From Candidatus Heimdallarchaeota archaeon (GTDB taxonomy: Archaea > Asgardarchaeota > Heimdallarchaeia > Heimdallarchaeales > Heimdallarchaeaceae): a stretch of 49,815 nt of DNA. Below are positions 1 to 9,062 of the stretch, one piece after another (position 1 is the first letter of the stretch; every line of letters begins with the position of its first letter). The notes beneath the pieces were generated by a model. That model did not search any database. It was not told the origin of the DNA and saw nothing but the letters and a program-made list of their open reading frames with translations. The position numbers were made by a program, and so were the translations under genes. Where the stretch lies: assembly GCA_023705905.1 (NCBI GenBank), contig BPTK01000005.1, positions 1 through 49,815 of the forward strand. Direction: 5' to 3'.

Positions 1-201
1 CCATATCTCTAAAATTTCCTATAGTGTTTTGAACACTTTCTAGAGCTAATTCGAAATCCACAATATTTTCCTCAGCTAATCTCTTTACTAGATAATATTA
101 GTATAATCCTATTTCAAGTTTTCATAATACTCTGGTAATAGGAATGTAATATGTAACAATTTGCTAAGCTGTATATATAGTATTTTCTTCTTACTTTCAT
201 C

Positions 202-942
202 TCATTCTGGTATAGATTTTGATTCATCAGATTTATCCTGCATAACTTCGCTTTTTTTAAGTAGTATGGCAAATCTTAGTGCTACATAACCAAAGAATGT
301 TATGAACAAGTACGCTAATATTTTTTGATAGAAAGCCATTGGAAGTAAATCAGTAAAAAACTCATATAAACCAAATGATCCAATATTGATCACTCCTACA
401 AGGATTCCAGCAAGACTAACAAATGGGTCAATAATCCATAGTTTGCTTGTTTTATATGGAGAATCTTTGTTCAATGCTATAATAGCTATTCCCCATAAAA
501 AGCAGATGAGAATAATACAATAATATAATCCTAAAGCGGAAACAATATGTGAATCAGGAAAGAAACCTACATCAAACACTCCCACAAAAAACAGAAAAAA
601 ACCTGCAACAACTCCAATCATACTAATAAAAATTTGAAGGATTTTTCTAATTGTTCCATCAGGTTTGAGGATGAAATAAGAAGCAGGAAAAAATGGTACA
701 AGAAAGACTGCTGTTAACATCAAGCTTACATTGAAAATCTCAGCATAAGGTGTAGCAATAACTTCCCCAACATAAGGATATATAGCCGCTTCTCTAACTC
801 CTAGCTCTGAAAGAAATTGGCTTAAAAAATTGTAATCTGGAAAAACTATCATCGCCAAAGTTGTTCCTATCATAAAAATCGTTACTGCTACAAAAGCGGA
901 GTAAACACTATACTTAACCAGTTTTTCCTTATTTGCTTTCAT
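202..942 (-). CDS. Polytopic membrane protein of unknown function (possibly DUF998-like)
   Basis: About 6-7 hydrophobic helices. The ORF-track start at 948 is TTG; the first ATG is at 942 (MKANKEK...). No catalytic motif recognised. Confidence 0.45.
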   Translation of the reverse strand: MKANKEKLVKYSVYSAFVAVTIFMIGTTLAMIVFPDYNFLSQFLSELGVREAAIYPYVGEVIATPYAEIFNVSLMLTAVFLVPFFPASYFILKPDGTIRKILQIFISMIGVVAGFFLFFVGVFDVGFFPDSHIVSALGLYYCIILICFLWGIAIIALNKDSPYKTSKLWIIDPFVSLAGILVGVINIGSFGLYEFFTDLLPMAFYQKILAYLFITFFGYVALRFAILLKKSEVMQDKSDESKSIPE

Positions 943-1024
943 AGGCAAATGTATAACACCCCATTTTCTTTTAAATATTTGGCAATCAAATGGTTTTAAA
1001 TTGTTATGCTAAACTAGCCCAATA

Positions 1025-1825
1025 ATGAAACCTCTTACCTCTACCAAGATTACTTCATTCCAGAAAAAAATCTTCAAGTGGTGGGAGGCAAATAGAAGAG
1101 TTTTTCCTTGGAGAGAGACAACAGAACCGTACGCCATACTTGTCTCCGAATTAATGTTACAGCAAACACAAGCACCAAGAGTTGTAGAGAAATTCAACCA
1201 ATTTGTAGAAGTATTCCCAGATTTAGAATCATTAGCAAAAGCACAGAAGTTCGAAATACTCCAATTATGGTCAGGCTTAGGTTATAATCGTAGAGCAATA
1301 TGGTTACAAGAAGCAGCACAAATGATTATAGAAAGAAAAGAATTCCCCAATACTCCTGAAGAATTACAAAAAATGAAGGGAATTGGAAAGTATTCTGCTC
1401 ATTCAATTCTAATATTTGCTTTCAATTATGATTTAGCTACAGTCGACACCAATATTCGGAGAATTCTTGTTGCTGAGAAATTCGCAGAAGAAAAAACTTC
1501 AGAGAGGGATTTATGGGAAATTGCTAAGAAACTTGTACCAAAAGGCAGATCTAGAGATTGGCATAATGCATTAATGGATTACGGTTCAATTGAGTTAACT
1601 GTAGCAAAAACAGGCATAAAACCACTAACAAAACAGGGTAAATTCAAAGGGTCTGATAGAGAATATAGAGGTAAGATACTCAAATTACTTTTGGAAAGTA
1701 AGAAGATAACAATAAATCAGATGATAACAGTACTAAATTTACAAGAAGTGAAACTTGAGAGCATTCTTCAAAAAATGGTAAAAGAAAACCTAATTAAAAA
1801 AAAGGGTAAATATTACTCTGTTTAG
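1025..1825 (+). CDS. HhH-GPD DNA glycosylase (MutY/EndoIII-like) with C-terminal winged-helix-like tail
   Basis: FPWR...PY..LVSE.MLQQTQ, GLGYNRRA, HhH GIGKYSA and VDTNIRRIL (catalytic Asp) are MutY/Nth superfamily signatures. The HhH position is Tyr rather than Lys, which implies a monofunctional enzyme. The protein has no Cys at all. Confidence 0.75.
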   Translation: MKPLTSTKITSFQKKIFKWWEANRRVFPWRETTEPYAILVSELMLQQTQAPRVVEKFNQFVEVFPDLESLAKAQKFEILQLWSGLGYNRRAIWLQEAAQMIIERKEFPNTPEELQKMKGIGKYSAHSILIFAFNYDLATVDTNIRRILVAEKFAEEKTSERDLWEIAKKLVPKGRSRDWHNALMDYGSIELTVAKTGIKPLTKQGKFKGSDREYRGKILKLLLESKKITINQMITVLNLQEVKLESILQKMVKENLIKKKGKYYSV

Positions 1826-1896
1826 TAAAGAAATACTTGTTAGAGTGGCAGTTATTTGCAAACACATATATTCTGGAACGTCCATTTTTATTTGAA

Positions 1897-2424
1897 ATGA
1901 GAGCTTTATACCTAGGTAGATTTAATCCACCTCACAAAGGTCATATTTATGCTATAGAGTATATTCTTGGACAAACAGATATAGATGAAATTATCATCCT
2001 TATAGGTAGTGGTGAAAAAGCCTATTCTCTTAAGAATCCTTTCACAGGTGGAGAAAGGCTAGAAATGGTAACAACTATTATAAGAGAACATTTCAATATA
2101 AATCAGTTTTACATCACAGCTATTCCAGATATTAACAGAAACACAATTTGGGCAGCAAACGTTATAGATCTTGTCCCCTCCTTTGAAGTAGTTTTTACCA
2201 ATAATCCTTTGGTTCAGCAACTATTCTCAAATCTAGGTAAGAAGGAAGTAAGAGAGATTCCTCTAAATAATAGAGAAGAATTCAGTGGAAAAATTATACG
2301 TGAAAAGATGATTAGTGGAGAGGAATGGAAGCTCCTGGTACCAGAAATTATTCTCCCTTTGATAGATCAGTACAAAGGAGTTAATCGAATAAAATTGTTA
2401 AGTAAAACTGATGAAATAAAATAA
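1897..2424 (+). CDS. Nicotinamide-nucleotide adenylyltransferase (archaeal NMNAT type)
   Basis: RALYLGRFNPPHKGH is the archaeal NMNAT (H/T)xGH nucleotidyltransferase motif. The ORF-track start at 1837 is TTG; the ATG at 1897 gives the canonical N-terminus. Confidence 0.8.
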   Translation: MRALYLGRFNPPHKGHIYAIEYILGQTDIDEIIILIGSGEKAYSLKNPFTGGERLEMVTTIIREHFNINQFYITAIPDINRNTIWAANVIDLVPSFEVVFTNNPLVQQLFSNLGKKEVREIPLNNREEFSGKIIREKMISGEEWKLLVPEIILPLIDQYKGVNRIKLLSKTDEIK

Positions 2425-2470
2425 AAAAATAGAAAGAGAAGTTTTTAGAATTAACCAAATGAAGCCAATT

Positions 2471-3970
2471 TTATGTTTTCCAGTTTCTTAACACATCAAC
2501 AATTAACCTGACTGCAGGTCCTTTACTACCCTTTGGATTATAATCCTTATCACTACTTTGTTCCATAGTACCTGCTATATCAAGATGCGCCCAAGGAACT
2601 TCTAATGTAAATTTACTTAGAAATCTTGCTGCTGTAATAGATCCTCCAGGTCTTCCTCCTGTGTGTTTCACATCAGCTACATCACTCTTTAATTGTTGAT
2701 CATAAACTTCCCATAGAGGCATTCTCCAGATTCCTTCGCCACTAGTTTTTGATGCATCTTCTAGTTTCTCTACAACAAAGTCATGATTGGAGAAATAACC
2801 TATAGCATGTTCTCCTAAGGCTATCATCATTGCCCCAGTTAGAGTTGCAAAATCAAACATAGCTTTTGGTTGATAGTGTTTGGCAGCATATGTTAAAGCA
2901 TCTACCAGAATCATTCTTCCTTCAGCATCAGTATTGATCACTTCTATTGTTTGACCACTGTAGCTGGTAATGATATCTCCTGGATGGTAGGCTTTTCCGG
3001 AGGGCATATTATCAGTTGCGGGAACGATAGCAACAACATGTAAATCTAAACCTAGTTTTGCTATTGCGTTCATAGCACCAATAACTACTGCTCCACCAGT
3101 CATATCGGCTTTCATTTTTTCCATGTTCTGGCCAGGTTTAATGCTAATACCACCACTATCAAAGGTGATTGCTTTACCAATCAAGGCTACAGTTTCCACA
3201 TTTTGTTTTTCAGAACCATAATCCATTATGATAAATTTAGGTGGTTCATCAGTTCCTTTTGCAACTGCCAGATAGCTACCTAAACCGATTTCCTCAGCTT
3301 CTTTCCGATCAATAATTGTAGTCTTAACACCATAGGCTTCAAGTTTTTTAGCTTCTTCTGCAAGCCTTGTAGGAGTAATAAAGTTAGCAGGTCCCCAAGC
3401 AAGTTTTCGACATAAATTAACTCCTTCACTTATGGTCAGTCCACTTTCTGCTCCAGATTTCATTTCATCATTTGAATAATCGGGACTGAAAAGGATTAAT
3501 TCTTCTATGAACTTGTATTTTTCTAGATCTTTTGTTCGATATTCAATATCTTGATAACTTCCTAAAGCTATACCTTGTACAATTGTTTCGGATAGTTCAG
3601 ATACATTAAAATTACCACGGTTGAAGATGTTAACACATATTCCCACTGTTTTTACATCTAGAGCTCTTGCTTTTCTAGAAGCATTTCCTAGAGCTTTTCT
3701 TATGCTTTCGAGGGTAATTTTCTCTGCTTTCCCAAGCCCAACGAGCAGTATTCTCTTTGGACCAATTTGTCCTTTCGTATAAACAATTGAAAGATCTCCT
3801 GTCTTACCTTTGAAGTCGCCAAGGTCTACAGTTTCTTTAATAACTTGCCAAAGTTTACCTTGCTCATCATATACAATTGGATCGTCTTTTGGATTCTCTA
3901 AAACACCAACAATTGCTAGAGGAATATCAAAGTCACTCAAAGTTTTGTTTAATGTAGAAATTTTCATCAT
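2471..3970 (-). CDS. pepA: Leucyl aminopeptidase, M17 family
   Basis: NTDAEGRMILVDAL signature, plus GKAITFDSGGISIKP and MKADMTGGA metal and active-site motifs. The probable start is the MMKIS ATG at 3970, not the 4048 extension. Confidence 0.9.
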   Translation of the reverse strand: MMKISTLNKTLSDFDIPLAIVGVLENPKDDPIVYDEQGKLWQVIKETVDLGDFKGKTGDLSIVYTKGQIGPKRILLVGLGKAEKITLESIRKALGNASRKARALDVKTVGICVNIFNRGNFNVSELSETIVQGIALGSYQDIEYRTKDLEKYKFIEELILFSPDYSNDEMKSGAESGLTISEGVNLCRKLAWGPANFITPTRLAEEAKKLEAYGVKTTIIDRKEAEEIGLGSYLAVAKGTDEPPKFIIMDYGSEKQNVETVALIGKAITFDSGGISIKPGQNMEKMKADMTGGAVVIGAMNAIAKLGLDLHVVAIVPATDNMPSGKAYHPGDIITSYSGQTIEVINTDAEGRMILVDALTYAAKHYQPKAMFDFATLTGAMMIALGEHAIGYFSNHDFVVEKLEDASKTSGEGIWRMPLWEVYDQQLKSDVADVKHTGGRPGGSITAARFLSKFTLEVPWAHLDIAGTMEQSSDKDYNPKGSKGPAVRLIVDVLRNWKT

Positions 3971-4106
3971 AATCACAATTACTAATTGAAATAAATTGAT
4001 GTAGTAAAAATGTTTTTGCCTTCTATCATTTACTGTTGATTTTGACACAAGTTAAAGTTATTAAGGATGAAAGTCTTGTTCTACTAGTAGGAATATAGAG
4101 ATTTTC

Positions 4107-4907
4107 ATGGATTGGATGATCATACTTTGGGGAACTATCGCTTCTCTTGCGGCTGGCTTAGCTACAGGTTTAGGAGCACTTCCAGTATTCTTCCTAAAAG
4201 ATATTTCAGATAAAGCATTGGATATTTTGCTCGGTTTTGCTGCAGGAGTAATGCTAGCCGCTTCCGCATTTAGCTTACTTGTACCAGCTCTCGATCTTCC
4301 AGCTAGTGAAGGTGGTGGAGTTTGGATTGTTAGTGGAGGAGTAATTGTGGGAGTACTTTTTATTGCGCTTATTGACAAATGGGCACCGCACAAGCATTTT
4401 GTAAAAGGTCCCGAAGGAAAGGTATCTAAACGATTAGCGGCTACATGGTTGTTTGTCATTGCAATAACTATTCACAATTTCCCCGAAGGGTTAGCAGTCG
4501 GTGTTAGTTTCGGAACAGGTAGTGAAAATATTGTTCCTGGTTTAATTGTTGCTATAGCCATAGGATTACAGAATATACCCGAAGGAACAGCTGTAGCTAT
4601 GCCTCTATTAAAAGAAGGATACACCAGACGAAAGGCATTTTTCATTGCAGCAGCATCGGGAATAGTTGAACCTATTGGCGCGTTTCTAGGTGTTGCTGTA
4701 GTTGGCGTTGCTAAATTCTTCTTGGGTTTCGGAATGGCTTTTGCTGCAGGTGCTATGATTTTTGTAATTGCAGATGAAATAATTCCAGAAACTCATCGGG
4801 AAGGAAAAGGGTATTCAAGAATGGCTACATATGGATTAATTGCAGGATTTGTTATAATGATGTTTCTAGATAATTTCTTGGAAACATTCCTTGCAGGTAT
4901 TCTCTAG
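4107..4907 (+). CDS. ZIP-family divalent metal (zinc) transporter, ZupT-like
   Basis: Eight-TM profile. HNFPEGLAVG and QNIPEGTAV are the paired ZIP metal-binding motifs. Confidence 0.85.
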   Translation: MDWMIILWGTIASLAAGLATGLGALPVFFLKDISDKALDILLGFAAGVMLAASAFSLLVPALDLPASEGGGVWIVSGGVIVGVLFIALIDKWAPHKHFVKGPEGKVSKRLAATWLFVIAITIHNFPEGLAVGVSFGTGSENIVPGLIVAIAIGLQNIPEGTAVAMPLLKEGYTRRKAFFIAAASGIVEPIGAFLGVAVVGVAKFFLGFGMAFAAGAMIFVIADEIIPETHREGKGYSRMATYGLIAGFVIMMFLDNFLETFLAGIL

Positions 4908-4946
4908 TTCAATAACTAGTAAATGATCCTTTGACAAGATATTATC

Positions 4947-5267
4947 CTAAAACTCAATCTCGTCCAAAATATCTTTAAACTGAGTTAAATACAAAGCAAA
5001 ACTCTCTTTTCCTTTTTCTGTTATGTGGATGATACTCGTTGGACGTGTTGACAGAAGCATTTTATTAACAGTAATAAATCCATTTTCTAAAAGTTTAGTA
5101 AGATGATGAGTTAAATTACCTGGTGTTAAATTCAACAATTTTTGCACCTTTGTAAAACCAATCTTCTTGTGAACATGTAGTATTAACATGATATTAAAAC
5201 GAGCAGAGAAAGAAAAAATCTCATGTACTGGAGGTAGTTTTACCTCTTTCTCATTGCTGTTGGTCAT
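4947..5267 (-). CDS. Winged-helix (ArsR/MarR-like) transcriptional regulator
   Basis: FNIMLILH...GFTKVQKLLNLTPGNLTHHLTKLLENGFITV is a typical HTH plus wing. ATG at 5267 (5276 is GTG). It overlaps the stop of the upstream membrane gene. Confidence 0.6.
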   Translation of the reverse strand: MTNSNEKEVKLPPVHEIFSFSARFNIMLILHVHKKIGFTKVQKLLNLTPGNLTHHLTKLLENGFITVNKMLLSTRPTSIIHITEKGKESFALYLTQFKDILDEIEF

Positions 5268-6027
5268 TAATACCACTTAAACTCAAGTTAGACTGTTTAT
5301 TTAAAGTCTTATAAGCTCTTCTTATGGAATAGACCCCACACAATATTGCAATGAAACTAGAAACAGCAATAAAAATACCACTACCAAAAATTTCTGTTTC
5401 AAAGACAAATGCATCAAATATATACGACAAGATATCAAAAATGAAAAAGAAAATAATACCATAAAGCAGCTCTTTGAATTTACATTCTTTTATGCTAAAG
5501 CGTAGGAGAAAATAACTTAGTAAAAAAGCAATATTGTCTCCCCAGTAAACATAAGTATAAGTTGTATTATATGCTCTTGATCCAGCAGGAATAGATATAG
5601 GATTGCCATATAATGGAAACGGGAAACTATCATATAAAGAGTCAGAAAGAGAATTGAGTTCTAAATATTCCAGAATTATAAAATTTCCAGCAAAAAAGTA
5701 GAATATTAGAAGTAAAGCTATCCCTAAGCCTACGTAGTAAGAGGATACAATGTTACTATGTTTTATCTTCAATTTCTTTGTTCGAATCAAATTATAGCAA
5801 AAAACACCTAGAATAATGACCATTAGTACTGATTGAGATATGAAATATATTAACTCTGAATTTCTCGACACTAGATTGGTTGTCTCAAATAATATAACAA
5901 AAAGAATATTGAATAAGGGGATACAAATTAAAGCAATTCCCCACAATTTCTGAACACGATAGTTTTCATACTTTTTGACAATTGAGATAGCTTCAATCAA
6001 TCCTTCTTTATCAGATGAAACGTTCAT
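5251..6027 (-). CDS. Polytopic membrane protein, unknown function
   Basis: ATG start and about 7 hydrophobic segments. It is translationally overlapped with the downstream wHTH gene. No recognisable motif. Confidence 0.5.
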   Translation of the reverse strand: MNVSSDKEGLIEAISIVKKYENYRVQKLWGIALICIPLFNILFVILFETTNLVSRNSELIYFISQSVLMVIILGVFCYNLIRTKKLKIKHSNIVSSYYVGLGIALLLIFYFFAGNFIILEYLELNSLSDSLYDSFPFPLYGNPISIPAGSRAYNTTYTYVYWGDNIAFLLSYFLLRFSIKECKFKELLYGIIFFFIFDILSYIFDAFVFETEIFGSGIFIAVSSFIAILCGVYSIRRAYKTLNKQSNLSLSGINDQQQ

Positions 6028-6477
6028 TCATATCTTAAATAGAATAAATTAACTGATATATAAAAACAGATTATACTTTGTTTAACAAAATTAAATCAAT
6101 ATAGAAGAAATTTAAGATTTGGTAAGCAGTCGTTATACTAATAACTGTTTTTACTTCCGGAAGCATAACGGCGAGATATATGTACGATGGAAAATACTAC
6201 CGACCTAACTTGAAATTATTCCTAAAAAGAAGGTGGAGATTGATTTTCACATATTTAATTAACATAACAACCTTAATTCTCATTTTATCTGATATTTTGG
6301 TTTTTTACTATTTGTTTGTCTCGATTACTATTTCATTGCTTGTTTTTGCTATAAGCAAAAAGGAATTTTGAGTTGTTCAAAACCTTGTACAAGAAAAGTT
6401 AATAGATGTACAAAACCTTTTATTATAAGGGTCGAAGGCCCAGAGAATCTTGAAGTTACACACTTCGGTGGAAAAAA

Positions 6478-7182
6478 ATGAGCAAAGAAAATTTCTTAGG
6501 CAAAGTGGTTTCGCGTTATCTAACTCGAAACTTTTGGAAGTGGTTTGCAATTGGTATTGGTGCCTCAATAATTCTAGGCACTGTTATTGGAGTTAGTGTG
6601 TACTTTGGGACAAACACTCCAGGATTACCAGATCCAGAACCAGGAATACCCTTCACAACTAGATTGGCGGAGGAAGTAGAATCAGAAATCCCTAACATAG
6701 TTCATGTAGAAATAGTAGGGAATGCTACACAAGCGATACATGAAAGATTAATATGGGCAACAATTGATCAGATAGGTGACAGTTCGGATTATAGTTGGAA
6801 TGTAACAGCACATGTAATGTTCCCAGATGATGCAATAGATTTCATTCTATCAACTTCTGAAGTTGACCAGATTGGAAGAGGACTTTTTACATCTATTAAT
6901 AATACTGAAAGGGTTGGTACTTATGGTGAATTACCATATGGAGATCAAGATGAACTTCCGAATCTTAAATGGATTACTGAACTATATTTGGAAAATGGAA
7001 CCGTTATATTCTTGTATGTTAATATGGAAAGTTTAATTCTATATCAAACTACTACATGGGAAGGCAACTTTCAAGCTGTAAACTCCAACATGATTGGGTC
7101 AGCTGTTTTATCGCCTGAAAGCGCATTCGACGACTATATTCAATCATTGACAGATCTATTTACACCATATTTAGCTATTTAG
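6478..7182 (+). CDS. Signal-anchored extracytoplasmic protein, unknown function
   Basis: ATG start and a single N-terminal TM (WKWFAIGIGASIILGTVIGVSVYF). The soluble domain that follows carries several N-x-S/T sequons. Confidence 0.5.
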   Translation: MSKENFLGKVVSRYLTRNFWKWFAIGIGASIILGTVIGVSVYFGTNTPGLPDPEPGIPFTTRLAEEVESEIPNIVHVEIVGNATQAIHERLIWATIDQIGDSSDYSWNVTAHVMFPDDAIDFILSTSEVDQIGRGLFTSINNTERVGTYGELPYGDQDELPNLKWITELYLENGTVIFLYVNMESLILYQTTTWEGNFQAVNSNMIGSAVLSPESAFDDYIQSLTDLFTPYLAI

Positions 7183-7193
7183 GAGAATTGAGA

Positions 7194-7670
7194 ATGACTG
7201 AGCTACCTAATGAAGACATTATTTCTTCCTTAACAGGAACAGCTTTACGCGTTTTTGTTTATGCCGTTAAGAAAGGAAATAATATAGGTGTAAGAGAAAC
7301 CCAAAGAGATCTTGGCTTGAAAACTGCAAGTCATGCACAATATCATCTCCAGAGACTTGAACAGATAAAATTACTTGAGAGGAATGAAAATAACAAATAC
7401 AATCTACCTGAAGAGTATGAAAGTTTACGAAGTCTGAAAATTGGCATATTAACGGAGATATATGTTTTCAAGGGTTGGATGATTCCTTCATTAGGGTTGT
7501 TTGCTGGGTTTTTAGGAGCCAGTTTAGTTATCTCATTACTGTTCTTCTTCTTATTGCCAGATCCCCTCGTCAGTATAACATTTAGTTCAGCATCTCTACT
7601 CCTAGCTGCAATTTACTCAAGTTTTAGAACTATTCAGATAGTAAAATCTTTCAAAAACAGTGAAAATTAG
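7194..7670 (+). CDS. Membrane-anchored winged-helix regulator
   Basis: N-terminal wHTH (LRVFVYAVKKGNNIGVRETQRDLGLKTASHAQYHLQRLEQIKLLER) followed by two C-terminal TM helices. AGGAG lies 8 nt upstream of the ATG at 7194; 7188 is TTG. Confidence 0.55.
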   Translation: MTELPNEDIISSLTGTALRVFVYAVKKGNNIGVRETQRDLGLKTASHAQYHLQRLEQIKLLERNENNKYNLPEEYESLRSLKIGILTEIYVFKGWMIPSLGLFAGFLGASLVISLLFFFLLPDPLVSITFSSASLLLAAIYSSFRTIQIVKSFKNSEN

Positions 7671-7698
7671 AAGTTTTAACCTCCACTTCTTTTTTTTT
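7669..7698. terminator. Hairpin plus T9 tract between convergent genes
   Basis: AGAAGT (7669-7674) pairs with ACTTCT (7685-7690) and is followed by a run of about 9 T. It sits between the 3' ends of 7194..7670(+) and 7711..8160(-). Confidence 0.35.
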
Positions 7699-7710
7699 GT
7701 ACAAATTTTA

Positions 7711-8160
7711 CTAATCGCTTAACAGATTATGACAATACTCAAGCGCTTTCTTATTTTCTTCCCACTTTAAGAGTTCTAAAGCTTCTTCATAAGAACACCA
7801 TCTCCAATCTGTATGCTCGAATGAGTCAATGGTAGGATCATCAACTTGATCAATTCTAGCGAGAAAAACATATTCTGATAATTCGGTAGTATTAGGTGGG
7901 TATTGATCTTTAAATTCCTCTGCAATATCTATTTTGTAAGAATGTTCTGTTTGAAAAATGAATTTTGGGATGAAGCTCGTTTCTTCAAGCAATTCACGCT
8001 TTGCACCATCAATTATTTTCTCACTTCTTTCTGTATGTCCAGTGACACCTTGCCAGAATCCTCCACGCTCTTCTGTTCTTTTTAACAAGAGATATTCTAT
8101 TTTTTCTTCTGATTGCTTGAAAGGGTATACAAGGACTTGAATTGGTGTTCTATAACTCAT
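7711..8160 (-). CDS. NUDIX hydrolase (NudB/dihydroneopterin-triphosphate pyrophosphatase-like)
   Basis: NUDIX box GHTERSEKIIDGAKRELLEETSF (Gx5Ex7REUxEExGU). ATG at 8160; 8169 is GTG. Confidence 0.8.
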   Translation of the reverse strand: MSYRTPIQVLVYPFKQSEEKIEYLLLKRTEERGGFWQGVTGHTERSEKIIDGAKRELLEETSFIPKFIFQTEHSYKIDIAEEFKDQYPPNTTELSEYVFLARIDQVDDPTIDSFEHTDWRWCSYEEALELLKWEENKKALEYCHNLLSD

Positions 8161-8198
8161 ATTAATCACTTTCAGTTTTGACTAATTAAACCATATCT

Positions 8199-9062
8199 TT
8201 AGAGTTCTTCCTTCCTCTTCTCGAAATAACGATAAACCGCTCCCCACATATAATTATCGTCTCTGTGCTTAACCTCAAAATTATTAGTGTGCATCCATTT
8301 TTGCAAAGCTTCTTTAGTGTAAGTATCTAATTTATCGTCAATGTCCTTCTCATAGAAACCATCTGCTTTGAGAACTTCTTTTATTGCTTTCATGATATCT
8401 CCTTCCATTTTCACCTTATCATCTGGTTCATCTCGTTTAAGCAATGATAGATTGTACATTTCAAAGACTCTTCTAAGTTCCTTGATGGGGTGCTTATGTT
8501 CATCAACTCTTACATCGACGTATCTGTCAGTTCCACCATCATAAGCTCCTTCTTCCTTCACAATAAGCAGAGCAGCGGATTGTTTACCTCTGCTATCTCC
8601 ACCAGCTTCTTGACCTTCTTCTAGAACTTTAAGGAGTTTGAGAGCAAGATCGCCTTTGGTTTCACGGTAAGCTTGTGACATTGCTAGAACTGTGTCTTCG
8701 GAAACTAAGATATTTCCTTGACAAGAATAATTTTCTCCAACGATATGTCCCGCCCAATCAAAACATCTTGATCCAGTAAATGATGCAGCATTACCATAAG
8801 AATCAACTATACCTACCTGTCGATCTTCTCTCTTATCATCATTCTTAGTCAACAAACTAATTGTATCTTCAGCTGTCAACCCTTGCTCCAATAAAGCAAG
8901 TCCCTTTGGACCATAACTAGTGTTTACCCATGCTTGAGTTGCAATAGCTCCTACACCAGAAATTGCCCATGGAACAATACTACCTACAGAGATAAATTTT
9001 GATTGAACTGCTACTCCCCATTCTTTCCTTTCGGGATCATAAGCTACTATTGAAAATGTCAT
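8199..9062 (-). CDS. DUF1028 Ntn-hydrolase-fold protein with C-terminal peptidoglycan-binding-like domain
   Basis: MTFSIVAYDP..WGVAVQSKF..VG is the DUF1028 N-terminus, with Thr2 as the putative nucleophile. The C-terminal IKEVLKADGFYEKDID...TKEALQKWMHTNNFE resembles the PG_binding_2 module usually fused to this family. The ATG at 9062 gives MT...; 9071 is TTG. Confidence 0.7.
   Translation of the reverse strand: MTFSIVAYDPERKEWGVAVQSKFISVGSIVPWAISGVGAIATQAWVNTSYGPKGLALLEQGLTAEDTISLLTKNDDKREDRQVGIVDSYGNAASFTGSRCFDWAGHIVGENYSCQGNILVSEDTVLAMSQAYRETKGDLALKLLKVLEEGQEAGGDSRGKQSAALLIVKEEGAYDGGTDRYVDVRVDEHKHPIKELRRVFEMYNLSLLKRDEPDDKVKMEGDIMKAIKEVLKADGFYEKDIDDKLDTYTKEALQKWMHTNNFEVKHRDDNYMWGAVYRYFEKRKEEL

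Noticed and set aside
1-201. Possible 5' part of a minus-strand gene running off the left edge (open frame ...LVKRLAEENIVDFELALESVQNTIGNFRDM).
   Set aside because: It is too short, has no identifiable start codon or motif, and is truncated by the window edge.
4061-4459. 132-aa Ala/Pro/Ser-rich ORF antisense to the ZIP transporter gene.
   Set aside because: It lies entirely within a well-supported CDS on the opposite strand. Its composition is the mirror of a TM-rich gene, and it has no motif. It is a shadow ORF. The same reasoning applies to the other short antisense or overlapping ORFs in the track, e.g. 1009-1197, 6377-6568, 6516-6698, 7903-8140, 9917-10102, 11805-12014, 12184-12483, 15000-15752, 16783-17688, 18477-19285, 20997-21191, 23732-23920, 24414-24655, 25051-25245, 26670-26864, 27341-27568, 31216-32269, 33464-33754, 38818-43022, 46793-47236, 48240-48452 and 48944-49126.
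6180-6371. 63-aa ORF with two hydrophobic segments in the 450-bp divergent spacer.
   Set aside because: There is no ribosome-binding or promoter evidence and no motif. Its composition is typical of random AT-rich ORFs (Ile/Leu/Phe/Lys/Tyr). It could be a real small membrane protein, but that is unsupported.
6378-6419. Repeated 9-mer CAAAACCTT (6378-6386 and 6411-6419) with adjacent TGTACA palindromes, upstream of the 6478 gene. It could be a possible operator.
   Set aside because: It is short and AT-rich with only two copies, and I cannot rule out chance. It is worth a motif search only if the wHTH pairs prove to be conserved.
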